A stretch of DNA of 47,091 nucleotides, taken from the NCBI RefSeq assembly GCF_003334255.1, contig NZ_QOWU01000042.1; one strand, 5' to 3'. The DNA comes from Escherichia coli. Lineage in GTDB: Bacteria > Pseudomonadota > Gammaproteobacteria > Enterobacterales > Enterobacteriaceae. Below are positions 1 through 8,814 of the stretch, piece after piece; position 1 is the stretch's first letter, and every line of letters starts with the position of its first letter. The notes under the pieces are model-generated. The model saw nothing but the letters and a program-made list of their open reading frames with translations, searched no databases and was not told where the DNA came from. Made by a program: the position numbers and the translations under genes.

Positions 1-70
1 GCCTGATTGCTGTTGTATGATGATGAAGCGTAAATCGCTGTATAAGTCTTTTGTTTGAGTGGAGTCAGTC

Positions 71-508
71 ATGTCAATACCTTCAAATCTTGATGTTTTT
101 AATGAAACAGTTGGTAAAACTTTTGCGTTTCTTTATGAAACTTTTCCCCGCAAAGTAACTATTGATATTTGTGCCTTAACCGGTGTTTCAGAGCTGACTT
201 TTGAAGAAGACCGATCCTCCAGGAGGCAACTAGTTGAAGCTCTTGAGCTTCGCCGTGACTCCATCGCATGGCTTGTTGATGCTGGTTATGTATCCGCTAA
301 ATCTTCTCCTCCGCATTACTTTTCTGATGCGGTTCTCACGGCCAAAGGTCTTGAATTACTTAAGCTTGATCCAGAGTCACTTAAACAATCATTTGGCGAC
401 AAGCTTGTTGATGCAGCCAAGAGTGGCTCAATGGACGCGATAAAAAGCACCGCATCATCCGCTCTTACTACTGGGTTATCCTTTGCTTTCAAAAGTCTTC
501 TTGGTTGA
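71..508 (+). CDS. hypothetical protein, prophage-associated, unknown function (about 145 aa)
   Basis: ORF track 59..508; a GGAG motif 7 nt upstream favours the ATG at 71. Convergent with the Cox-like gene. No family recognised. Confidence 0.4.
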   Translation: MSIPSNLDVFNETVGKTFAFLYETFPRKVTIDICALTGVSELTFEEDRSSRRQLVEALELRRDSIAWLVDAGYVSAKSSPPHYFSDAVLTAKGLELLKLDPESLKQSFGDKLVDAAKSGSMDAIKSTASSALTTGLSFAFKSLLG

Positions 509-550
509 TTGTTGCGCCCCCGCATAACACCAACGATTAGATTATTTACG

Positions 551-576
551 GCGAAATCTCCTGTTGTGGATTTCGC
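551..576. terminator. hairpin between convergent genes (gcgaaatc / gatttcgc stem, 10-nt loop)
   Basis: Inverted repeat read in sequence, lying between the stop of the 71..508 ORF and the stop of the Cox-like ORF. Confidence 0.35.
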
Positions 577-589
577 TGTGTGTTTGATA

Positions 590-1015
590 TTAAGCTGCTT
601 TTTTACTGATACGTTTATTCCGTGAACCAGCTGCTGGCTTAAATAAAAAAAGTCGGTTTTCCCATTCGTGCCATTCTTGCGGTGCGTTTTCAGTGAGTCG
701 ATCGCAGGCTTCATCCCATGCTTTCCGGTTGATGTAAAGTTCGGCGTTTCCGCCAGGCTTGAGAGGGTCCGCCATGTACACAGCGGGTAATTTCCCTGCT
801 TTTGCCATGCTCACGATGGCGTCAACGGTCTTGCCGATATACATCGCAAACCCTTCTTTTGACAGGAGATGAGAAGGGTTTTGTGAAAGCCTGATTTCTT
901 GGCGTTCAGGGGCTTTGCGCCCGGTCTTTTGGTGTGCGGTTTCTGGCGCATCTGTCAACTGATCGCACTGTGTTTCGGCAGGCGATTCAGGCGCGTTTTG
1001 AGTGACTTCTTGCAT
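590..1015 (-). CDS. P2 Cox-like excisionase/regulator with N-terminal extension
   Basis: C-terminal half (GFAMYIGKTVDAIVSMAKAGKLPAVYMADP...AW) resembles P2 Cox (EFAKLIGKSTGAVRRMIDKGKLPVIDMTDP...AW) as recalled. Start chosen at the ATG at 1013..1015, preceded by GGAGG; the ORF track extends to 1096. Confidence 0.55.
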   Translation of the reverse strand: MQEVTQNAPESPAETQCDQLTDAPETAHQKTGRKAPERQEIRLSQNPSHLLSKEGFAMYIGKTVDAIVSMAKAGKLPAVYMADPLKPGGNAELYINRKAWDEACDRLTENAPQEWHEWENRLFLFKPAAGSRNKRISKKAA

Positions 1016-1122
1016 CTGGTATCCTCCGTTATTGGCCCCTTTTTCGAATAGGGACCATGTAGAACCAATTGCGACTATTCTTGTGTTGCTATACACAAAA
1101 ATTATTGGAGATTAGAAAAATT

Positions 1123-1395
1123 ATGTCAATACCGCAAAATGAGAAATTAAAACTTATCAGAGAGTCCGAACGGATGAAAATGAAGGAACTATCTGATTTA
1201 ATTGGAATTAATTACTATACATATCATGGCTATGAAAGTGGGAAATCTAAGATGCCTCTTGATTTTGGGATCCTTCTTTTGCGGCACGCTCGTTTCCGTA
1301 AATACCGTGACTGGTTTTTGTTCGATGAGGTCGAACCAAAGGCCGGGCAGGTGGTACCGGCTCTCGCACACATTGGGCAAAGCGAAGCGGAATAG
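1123..1395 (+). CDS. P2 C-family immunity repressor paralogue (90 aa), second copy
   Basis: XRE-type helix-turn-helix N-terminus (EKLKLIRESERMKMKELSDLIG...YESGKS) and a C-terminal 33 aa identical to the downstream C repressor. Ends at the TAG at 1393..1395, lacking the last 9 residues of the full-length copy. Confidence 0.55.
   Translation: MSIPQNEKLKLIRESERMKMKELSDLIGINYYTYHGYESGKSKMPLDFGILLLRHARFRKYRDWFLFDEVEPKAGQVVPALAHIGQSEAE
1294..1393. repeat. 100-bp perfect direct repeat, copy 1 (3' end of C-type repressor gene)
   Basis: Identical to 1678..1777 by direct comparison; offset 384 bp. Confidence 0.9.
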
Positions 1396-1506
1396 TTCAT
1401 CTGATACCCTCCGTTATTGGTGCTATTTCTATTAGCACTAGTTAGAGCCGCCTAGATTGTCTATAGGTGTGTTTATTGATGCATAAACTAAGAGAGTTAA
1501 CTTACT

Positions 1507-1806
1507 ATGTCAACTAACGTAGGTGAAAAAATTAGAATCATGCGTAAGTCTGAAATGCTTACACAAGAAAAAATGGCTGAAATTACAGGGCTCACGGTAG
1601 CGGCCCTGCGTCAATATGAACAGGGGAGAAATGAGCCAAATCTTGAATCCACAAAAAAGCTGCTCAAGTCTCCCGTCTTCCGTAAATACCGTGACTGGTT
1701 TTTGTTCGATGAGGTCGAACCAAAGGCCGGGCAGGTGGTACCGGCTCTCGCACACATTGGGCAAAGCGAAGCGGAATCATCCCACTCCGGCAAGAAGACT
1801 GGTTAA
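1507..1806 (+). CDS. P2 C-type immunity repressor (99 aa)
   Basis: 99-aa ORF; sequence (MSTNVGEKIRIMRKSEMLTQ...YEQGRNEP...VPALAHIGQSEAESSHSGKKTG) closely parallels P2 repressor C as recalled (MSNTISEKIVLMRKSEYLSR...YESGRSTP...APALAHFGQNETTSPHSGQKTG). Lies immediately upstream of int. Confidence 0.8.
   Translation: MSTNVGEKIRIMRKSEMLTQEKMAEITGLTVAALRQYEQGRNEPNLESTKKLLKSPVFRKYRDWFLFDEVEPKAGQVVPALAHIGQSEAESSHSGKKTG
1678..1777. repeat. 100-bp perfect direct repeat, copy 2
   Basis: Identical to 1294..1393. Confidence 0.9.
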
Positions 1807-1872
1807 CGGTCCATCTGGCTTTTATTTCTCAAAATTGTGATCAAGATGATGTTTTCATTGGGGGGCTTCCTT

Positions 1873-2868
1873 ATGTCGATTAAGAAGCTCGCTGATGGCA
1901 AATACTGTGTGGACGTGCGGCCTGCTGGATCTGAAGGAAGAAGATTTCGGCGGCGATTTCCTACCCGTGGTGAAGCGGCGATGTATGAACGCCATGTTCT
2001 GACGCATTATCACGATAAGGACTGGGTCGAAAAACCTATTGAACGTAAAGCGTTAAGCGATCTTCTGGAACTGTGGTGGGTGTACCACGGTAAGAATCAT
2101 CGTTATGGCGCGATGAATCGGGTCAGAATTGAAGCGGTTCTTCGTGATATGCAAGAGCTTGGTATTAACAGAAGTGACCACTTAACCCGAAAAAATATTA
2201 TCAGATATCGCCTTGAATTAATGAATCGCGGAATTAAGCAGTCAACGGTAAATCGTTATTGTGCAATGATGAGCGGTTTCTTTGAAAAGCTGATTGATGT
2301 TGAAGAGTTTGTGGGTGATAACCCATTTCACGAGATACGCAAGCTAACAATTAATCAGCCGGAAATGGCTTATCTTGCACATGATGATATTCCCAGGCTA
2401 ACCGCACTTTTATCTGGCGATAATCTTAAGGCTGTATTGTTAAGCCTGGCTACAGGCGGACGCTGGGGTGAAGTTGCCAATATTAAAGGTGAACACATAA
2501 TTGGTGGGAAGGTTATTTTCATGGAGACAAAGAATGGATCGCGGCGGGTTATTCCTATAGCTAAAGATCTTGAATCTCTGATTAAAGTCAAAGCGACGGG
2601 AAGATTAATGAACCCCAGTTATGCGATAGTCAGAAGTGCAATAAGGACTGTGCGGCCTGATTTACCAGTCGGTCAGTCTGTGCATGTTTTACGGCACACA
2701 TTCGCAACTCATTTCATGATAAATGGAGGGAACATTATTACCCTTCAGCGTATTTTAGGGCACAGCACAATTCAGCAGACAATGACCTATGCGCACTTTG
2801 CACCTGATTATCTCCAGGACGCGGTAAGGTTCAATCCGGTTGCGGAGTTGTCCAGATTTTGCCCATAA
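1873..2868 (+). CDS. int: P2-like tyrosine integrase
   Basis: N-terminus MSIKKLADGKYCVDVRP and C-terminus HVLRHTFATHFMINGGNIITLQRILGHSTIQQTMTYAHFAPDYLQDA parallel P2 Int as recalled, including the catalytic R, H-x-x-R and Y. The ATG at 1873 is preferred over the ORF-track start at 1837. Confidence 0.85.
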   Translation: MSIKKLADGKYCVDVRPAGSEGRRFRRRFPTRGEAAMYERHVLTHYHDKDWVEKPIERKALSDLLELWWVYHGKNHRYGAMNRVRIEAVLRDMQELGINRSDHLTRKNIIRYRLELMNRGIKQSTVNRYCAMMSGFFEKLIDVEEFVGDNPFHEIRKLTINQPEMAYLAHDDIPRLTALLSGDNLKAVLLSLATGGRWGEVANIKGEHIIGGKVIFMETKNGSRRVIPIAKDLESLIKVKATGRLMNPSYAIVRSAIRTVRPDLPVGQSVHVLRHTFATHFMINGGNIITLQRILGHSTIQQTMTYAHFAPDYLQDAVRFNPVAELSRFCP

Positions 2869-2958
2869 ACGGGGACTAAATGGCACGATTTTGAACCACT
2901 TTGAACTTGTAACTATTTGATATATCAAGGGGTAGTGCGGTACACGCTACCCCCTTAT

Positions 2959-2982
2959 GCCACCTTCGGGTGGCGTTGTTTT
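2959..2982 (+). terminator. intrinsic terminator downstream of int (gccacc-ttcg-ggtggc followed by a T-rich run)
   Basis: 6-bp GC stem with a ttcg loop followed by gttgtttt, read in sequence. Confidence 0.5.
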
Positions 2983-3325
2983 ATGCGATGTATCTCGCGA
3001 TTTTTTTTTGTAACTTTTCCATCTTTTGCTTTTCTCTCCGAGCCGCTTTCCATATCTGCAATCGCATAAAAAACTCTGCTGGCGTTCACAAATGTGCAGG
3101 GGTAAAACGGGGGCACGCTTTGAACGGTGAGTATGAGTGAGGTCGGCTAACTTCCAGCAAGTGGCTATGAACAGCAAAATGGTGGTCGGGTTTGCTTGTT
3201 CTTACCGTTCAAGCCTTGCAACCGCTGAGAATAATGATGGTGGAATAGAGAGTTTATTTATCGCGGGCATAAAAAAACCCTTACTAACCGAAGCCCGGCG
3301 TTCAGGGTTATTGCGCTAGAAGAAC

Positions 3326-3856
3326 TTATTTATTCTTTGCGCGCTCGAAGGAAGCAACGATTTCAGCTTTAGCGGCTTCTGCGTTTTCCCAACCTTCAAC
3401 TTTCACCCACTTGCCTTTTTCGAGGTCTTTGTAGTGCTCGAAGAAGTGAGCGATCTGCGCTTTCAGCAGCTCTGGCAGATCGTTAACGTCTTTAATGTGA
3501 TCGTATTCTTTGCTCAGCTTTGTGTGCGGAACAGCAATCAGTTTCGCATCTTCACCGGCTTCGTCGGTCATTTTCAGAACGCCAACCGGACGGCAACGGA
3601 TCACAGAACCCGGCTGCAGCGGGTACGGAGTCGGGACCAGTACGTCAACCGGGTCACCGTCCAGAGACAGGGTGTGGTTGATGTAACCGTAGTTGCACGG
3701 ATAGAACATCGCGGTGGACATGAAGCGGTCAACGAACAGTGCGCCGCTCTCTTTGTCGATTTCGTATTTGATCGGATCTGCGTTAGCCGGGATCTCAATA
3801 ACAACGTAGATGTCTTCCGGCAGATCTTTACCCGCAGGGACGTTGAGTAAGCTCAT
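3326..3856 (-). CDS. ppa: inorganic pyrophosphatase
   Basis: 176-aa ORF; translation matches E. coli Ppa as recalled ([34 protein letters not shown]...). Confidence 0.95.
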   Translation of the reverse strand: MSLLNVPAGKDLPEDIYVVIEIPANADPIKYEIDKESGALFVDRFMSTAMFYPCNYGYINHTLSLDGDPVDVLVPTPYPLQPGSVIRCRPVGVLKMTDEAGEDAKLIAVPHTKLSKEYDHIKDVNDLPELLKAQIAHFFEHYKDLEKGKWVKVEGWENAEAAKAEIVASFERAKNK

Positions 3857-4165
3857 GTCTGTTTCCTTTAAAAATATGTGGCAAACAAGTGCCGAGTATT
3901 ATAGCCAACTCGCGCCGAATGTCTTCGCTTGTTTTCGTCTTCATTTTCCTTTTTCGCCAATTTTAAGACGGTATACAGAGCAGGAAAATCCATAACCGTA
4001 GCCGCATTTTTCATAGTGAGATGAAAGCGATTACAAACTTGTGATTAACGTTTTATTTACTTCTTTGAAGTGTGATGTAACGCAATCCGTTACATAACGA
4101 ATTGTCTATAGTTTTTTCGCGAACATCTTTTCACCAATAATAATTACCCCGACGAGGACAACCCT

Positions 4166-5122
4166 ATGTGGAAACGCTTACTTGTAGTCTCTGCAGTCTC
4201 GGCAGCCATGTCGTCTATGGCGTTGGCCGCTCCATTAACCGTAGGATTTTCGCAGGTCGGATCGGAATCTGGCTGGCGCGCCGCAGAAACCAATGTGGCG
4301 AAAAGTGAGGCCGAAAAACGCGGAATTACGCTGAAAATTGCCGATGGTCAGCAAAAGCAGGAAAACCAGATTAAAGCGGTACGTTCCTTCGTCGCGCAAG
4401 GGGTGGATGCGATCTTTATCGCTCCGGTGGTTGCGACTGGTTGGGAACCGGTATTAAAAGAGGCGAAAGATGCCGAAATCCCGGTCTTCTTGCTCGATCG
4501 TTCTATTGATGTGAAAGACAAATCTCTCTATATGACCACCGTCACTGCCGACAACATTCTCGAAGGCAAGTTGATTGGTGACTGGCTGGTAAAAGAAGTG
4601 AATGGCAAACCATGCAACGTGGTGGAGCTGCAGGGCACTGTTGGGGCCAGCGTCGCCATTGACCGTAAGAAAGGCTTTGCCGAAGCCATTAAGAATGCGC
4701 CAAATATCAAAATTATCCGCTCGCAGTCAGGTGACTTCACCCGCAGTAAAGGCAAAGAAGTCATGGAGAGCTTTATCAAAGCGGAAAACAACGGCAAAAA
4801 CATCTGCATGGTTTACGCCCATAACGACGACATGGTGATTGGTGCAATTCAGGCAATTAAAGAAGCGGGCCTGAAACCAGGCAAAGATATTCTGACAGGT
4901 TCTATCGACGGCGTACCGGATATCTACAAAGCGATGATTGATGGCGAAGCGAACGCCAGTGTTGAACTGACGCCGAATATGGCAGGTCCCGCCTTCGACG
5001 CGCTGGAGAAATACAAAAAAGACGGCACCATGCCTGAAAAGCTGACGCTGACCAAATCCACCCTTTATCTGCCTGATACCGCAAAAGAAGAGTTAGAGAA
5101 GAAGAAAAATATGGGGTATTGA
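4166..5122 (+). CDS. ytfQ: galactofuranose ABC transporter periplasmic binding protein
   Basis: 318-aa ORF with a signal peptide and a periplasmic sugar-binding-like sequence; K-12 gene-order context ppa-ytfQRT-yjfF. Confidence 0.9.
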   Translation: MWKRLLVVSAVSAAMSSMALAAPLTVGFSQVGSESGWRAAETNVAKSEAEKRGITLKIADGQQKQENQIKAVRSFVAQGVDAIFIAPVVATGWEPVLKEAKDAEIPVFLLDRSIDVKDKSLYMTTVTADNILEGKLIGDWLVKEVNGKPCNVVELQGTVGASVAIDRKKGFAEAIKNAPNIKIIRSQSGDFTRSKGKEVMESFIKAENNGKNICMVYAHNDDMVIGAIQAIKEAGLKPGKDILTGSIDGVPDIYKAMIDGEANASVELTPNMAGPAFDALEKYKKDGTMPEKLTLTKSTLYLPDTAKEELEKKKNMGY

Positions 5123-5129
5123 GGGTTGC

Positions 5130-5235
5130 TATGCCTGATGCCGATTCGTAGGCCGGATAAGGCGCTCGCGCCGCATCCGGCGGTGGTGCGCTGAAGCCTG
5201 ATGCGACGCTTACCGCGTCTTATCATGCCTACTGG
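5130..5235. repeat. REP/BIME palindromic units
   Basis: gcctgatgcgacgc... and ...ggccggataaggcg...gccgcatccggc motifs typical of E. coli REP elements. Confidence 0.7.
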
Positions 5236-5261
5236 GAGCACGCTTTACACCGGGGGAAACC

Positions 5262-6764
5262 ATGACGACTAACCAACACCAGGAGATCCTCCGCACCGAA
5301 GGATTAAGTAAATTTTTCCCCGGCGTCAAAGCGTTAGACAACGTTGATTTCAGCCTGCGCCGCGGCGAAATCATGGCGCTGCTCGGTGAAAACGGGGCAG
5401 GAAAATCAACGCTAATCAAAGCATTAACTGGTGTATACCACGCCGATCGCGGCACCATCTGGCTGGAAGGCCAGGCTATCTCACCGAAAAATACCGCCCA
5501 TGCACAACAACTCGGTATCGGCACCGTCTATCAGGAAGTAAACCTGCTACCCAATATGTCGGTCGCTGATAATCTATTTATAGGCCGCGAACCCAAACGC
5601 TTCGGCCTTCTACGCCGCAAAGAGATGGAAAAGCGCGCCACCGAACTGATGGCATCTTACGGTTTCTCCCTCGACGTGCGCGAACCGCTCAACCGCTTTT
5701 CAGTCGCGATGCAGCAAATCGTCGCTATTTGCCGGGCTATCGATCTCTCTGCCAAAGTGCTGATCCTCGATGAACCCACCGCCAGTCTCGACACCCAGGA
5801 AGTGGAGTTACTGTTTGACCTGATGCGTCAGTTGCGCGATCGCGGCGTCAGCCTGATTTTTGTCACTCACTTTCTCGATCAGGTCTATCAGGTCAGCGAT
5901 CGGATCACCGTCTTACGCAACGGCAGTTTCGTAGGCTGTCGGGAAACGTGCGAGCTACCGCAGATCGAACTGGTAAAAATGATGCTGGGGCGCGAGCTGG
6001 ATACCCACGCGCTACAGCGTGCCGGGCGAACATTGTTGAGCGACAAACCCGTTGCCGCGTTCAAAAATTACGGCAAAAAAGGAACGATCGCACCGTTTGA
6101 TCTCGAAGTACGCCCCGGCGAGATCGTCGGTCTGGCTGGATTGCTGGGATCAGGACGTACCGAAACCGCCGAAGTGATCTTCGGTATCAAACCTGCTGAC
6201 AGCGGCACGGCGTTGATCAAAGGCAAACCGCAAAACCTGCGATCGCCACATCAGGCTTCGGTACTGGGCATTGGCTTCTGCCCGGAAGACAGGAAAACCG
6301 ATGGCATCATCGCTGCCGCCTCGGTGCGGGAAAATATCATCCTCGCTCTCCAGGCCCAGCGCGGCTGGCTACGTCCCATTTCCCGCAAAGAACAGCAAGA
6401 GATTGCCGAACGCTTTATCCGCCAGCTTGGCATTCGCACACCTTCAACTGAACAACCGATTGAATTTCTCTCTGGCGGCAATCAGCAAAAAGTGTTGCTT
6501 TCACGTTGGCTACTGACCCGACCGCAATTTCTGATCCTTGATGAGCCAACTCGCGGCATTGATGTTGGTGCCCACGCCGAGATCATCCGCCTGATTGAAA
6601 CGCTATGCGCCGATGGTCTGGCGCTGCTGGTGATCTCCTCCGAACTGGAAGAACTGGTGGGCTATGCCGACCGGGTGATCATCATGCGCGATCGCAAACA
6701 GGTGGCGGAGATCCCGCTGGCAGAGCTTTCCGTTCCGGCGATCATGAACGCCATTGCGGCGTAA
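5262..6764 (+). CDS. ytfR: ABC transporter ATP-binding protein with duplicated ATPase domains
   Basis: 500-aa ORF; Walker A GENGAGKST and a second nucleotide-binding domain; operon context. Confidence 0.9.
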   Translation: MTTNQHQEILRTEGLSKFFPGVKALDNVDFSLRRGEIMALLGENGAGKSTLIKALTGVYHADRGTIWLEGQAISPKNTAHAQQLGIGTVYQEVNLLPNMSVADNLFIGREPKRFGLLRRKEMEKRATELMASYGFSLDVREPLNRFSVAMQQIVAICRAIDLSAKVLILDEPTASLDTQEVELLFDLMRQLRDRGVSLIFVTHFLDQVYQVSDRITVLRNGSFVGCRETCELPQIELVKMMLGRELDTHALQRAGRTLLSDKPVAAFKNYGKKGTIAPFDLEVRPGEIVGLAGLLGSGRTETAEVIFGIKPADSGTALIKGKPQNLRSPHQASVLGIGFCPEDRKTDGIIAAASVRENIILALQAQRGWLRPISRKEQQEIAERFIRQLGIRTPSTEQPIEFLSGGNQQKVLLSRWLLTRPQFLILDEPTRGIDVGAHAEIIRLIETLCADGLALLVISSELEELVGYADRVIIMRDRKQVAEIPLAELSVPAIMNAIAA

Positions 6765-6774
6765 GGAGAACAGT

Positions 6775-7800
6775 GTGATGCCTCAATCTCTCCCGGACAC
6801 TACGCCGCCGAAAAGGCGCTTTCGCTGGCCAACGGGAATGCCGCAGCTGGCGGCACTGTTGCTGGTGCTGCTGGTCGATAGCCTGGTGGCCCCGCATTTC
6901 TGGCAGGTGGTGCTCCAGGATGGGCGTTTATTCGGTAGCCCCATAGACATTCTTAACCGTGCGGCCCCCGTTGCGCTGTTGGCTATCGGAATGACGCTGG
7001 TGATCGCAACAGGTGGGATTGATCTCTCCGTGGGGGCGGTGATGGCTATCGCCGGAGCCACAACGGCTGCGATGACGGTCGCGGGATTCAGCCTGCCGAT
7101 TGTTTTGTTAAGCGCCCTGGGCACTGGCATCCTGGCGGGATTGTGGAACGGCATACTGGTAGCGATCCTCAAAATTCAGCCGTTTGTTGCCACCCTGATC
7201 CTGATGGTCGCCGGGCGCGGCGTGGCGCAACTGATCACCTCCGGACAGATCGTCACGTTTAACTCGCCGGATCTCTCATGGTTTGGCAGTGGATCGCTGT
7301 TGTTCCTGCCAACGCCGGTCATTATCGCGGTGCTGACGCTTATCCTGTTCTGGCTGTTGACCCGCAAAACGGCGCTGGGGATGTTTATCGAAGCCGTTGG
7401 TATCAACATTCGGGCGGCAAAAAATGCCGGGGTAAACACGCGGATCATCGTCATGCTTACCTACGTGTTGAGCGGGCTGTGTGCGGCGATTGCGGGCATT
7501 ATCGTGGCGGCGGATATTCGCGGTGCCGATGCCAATAACGCCGGGTTATGGCTGGAGCTGGACGCCATTCTCGCGGTGGTTATTGGCGGCGGATCGCTGA
7601 TGGGCGGACGTTTTAACCTACTGCTTTCGGTGGTGGGGGCGCTGATTATTCAGGGGATGAACACCGGAATTTTGCTTTCGGGCTTTCCGCCAGAGATGAA
7701 CCAGGTTGTAAAAGCGGTGGTGGTTCTTTGCGTGCTGATTGTCCAGTCGCAACGCTTTATCAGTCTGATTAAAGGAGTACGTAGCCGTGATAAAACGTAA
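6775..7800 (+). CDS. ytfT: ABC transporter permease
   Basis: Hydrophobic multi-spanning ORF; start GTG at 6775 or ATG at 6778, downstream of AAGGAG; short overlap with the ytfR stop. Confidence 0.85.
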   Translation: MMPQSLPDTTPPKRRFRWPTGMPQLAALLLVLLVDSLVAPHFWQVVLQDGRLFGSPIDILNRAAPVALLAIGMTLVIATGGIDLSVGAVMAIAGATTAAMTVAGFSLPIVLLSALGTGILAGLWNGILVAILKIQPFVATLILMVAGRGVAQLITSGQIVTFNSPDLSWFGSGSLLFLPTPVIIAVLTLILFWLLTRKTALGMFIEAVGINIRAAKNAGVNTRIIVMLTYVLSGLCAAIAGIIVAADIRGADANNAGLWLELDAILAVVIGGGSLMGGRFNLLLSVVGALIIQGMNTGILLSGFPPEMNQVVKAVVVLCVLIVQSQRFISLIKGVRSRDKT

Positions 7801-8782
7801 TTTGCCACTGATGATCACCATCGGCGTCTTTGTGTTGGGTTATCTTTACTGCCTGACCCAGTTTCCCGGTTTTGCTTCCACAAGAGTGATCTGCAATATC
7901 CTGACCGATAACGCCTTTCTTGGGATCATTGCCGTTGGCATGACCTTTGTGATCCTCTCCGGTGGGATCGATCTCTCCGTCGGTTCGGTGATCGCCTTTA
8001 CTGGCGTGTTTCTGGCAAAAGTGATTGGCGATTTCGGCCTCTCGCCGCTACTGGCGTTTCCGCTAGTGCTGGTGATGGGCTGTGCCTTCGGCGCATTTAT
8101 GGGGCTTTTGATCGACGCCCTGAAGATCCCGGCATTTATCATTACCCTGGCGGGGATGTTCTTTTTGCGCGGTGTCAGCTATCTCGTTTCGGAAGAGTCG
8201 ATTCCGATAAACCATCCCATTTATGACACGCTCTCAAGCCTTGCGTGGAAAATCCCTGGCGGCGGTCGCTTAAGTGCGATGGGACTGCTGATGTTGGCGG
8301 TGGTGGTTATCGGTATTTTCCTCGCGCATCGTACCCGTTTTGGTAATCAGGTATACGCCATTGGCGGCAACGCAACGTCGGCGAACCTGATGGGGATTTC
8401 CACTCGCAGCACCACTATTCGCATTTATATGCTCTCCACCGGACTGGCAACGCTGGCGGGGATTGTCTTCTCGATTTATACCCAGGCCGGATATGCGCTG
8501 GCGGGCGTAGGTGTGGAACTGGATGCTATCGCCTCAGTGGTAATTGGCGGTACGCTTCTGAGCGGTGGCGTTGGAACGGTATTAGGGACGCTTTTTGGCG
8601 TGGCGATTCAGGGGCTAATACAGACTTATATCAACTTTGATGGCACGCTGAGCTCATGGTGGACGAAAATCGCCATCGGTATTTTGTTATTTATTTTTAT
8701 AGCATTACAGCGTGGATTAACGGTGCTGTGGGAGAATCGTCAGAGTTCGCCTGTGACAAGAGTCAACATTGCGCAGCGATAA
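7787..8782 (+). CDS. yjfF: ABC transporter permease
   Basis: 331-aa hydrophobic ORF; GTG start preceded by AAAGGAG; overlaps the end of ytfT. Confidence 0.9.
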   Translation: MIKRNLPLMITIGVFVLGYLYCLTQFPGFASTRVICNILTDNAFLGIIAVGMTFVILSGGIDLSVGSVIAFTGVFLAKVIGDFGLSPLLAFPLVLVMGCAFGAFMGLLIDALKIPAFIITLAGMFFLRGVSYLVSEESIPINHPIYDTLSSLAWKIPGGGRLSAMGLLMLAVVVIGIFLAHRTRFGNQVYAIGGNATSANLMGISTRSTTIRIYMLSTGLATLAGIVFSIYTQAGYALAGVGVELDAIASVVIGGTLLSGGVGTVLGTLFGVAIQGLIQTYINFDGTLSSWWTKIAIGILLFIFIALQRGLTVLWENRQSSPVTRVNIAQR

Positions 8783-8814
8783 AAACGCCTCTCCGTGTGG
8801 AGAGGCGCAGGAGA

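Noticed and set aside
1198-1400. Minus-strand ATG at 1398..1400 preceded by GGAGGG (a copy of the Cox-like ribosome-binding site and start) opening a frame antisense to the upstream repressor gene; also ORFs 1198..1380 and 1611..1793
   Set aside because: Best explained as a relic of the duplicated Cox-start block rather than a gene; the frames are antisense to the C-type repressor genes. Noted under the tandem-module finding.
2947-3319. Small ORFs 2947..3177 (minus) and 3137..3319 (plus) between int and ppa
   Set aside because: No ribosome-binding sites, overlap predicted hairpins and the ppa terminator region, and show no resemblance to ChpS/ChpB or any family I recognise.
3434-3850. 138-aa plus-strand ORF
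   Set aside because: Antisense within ppa.
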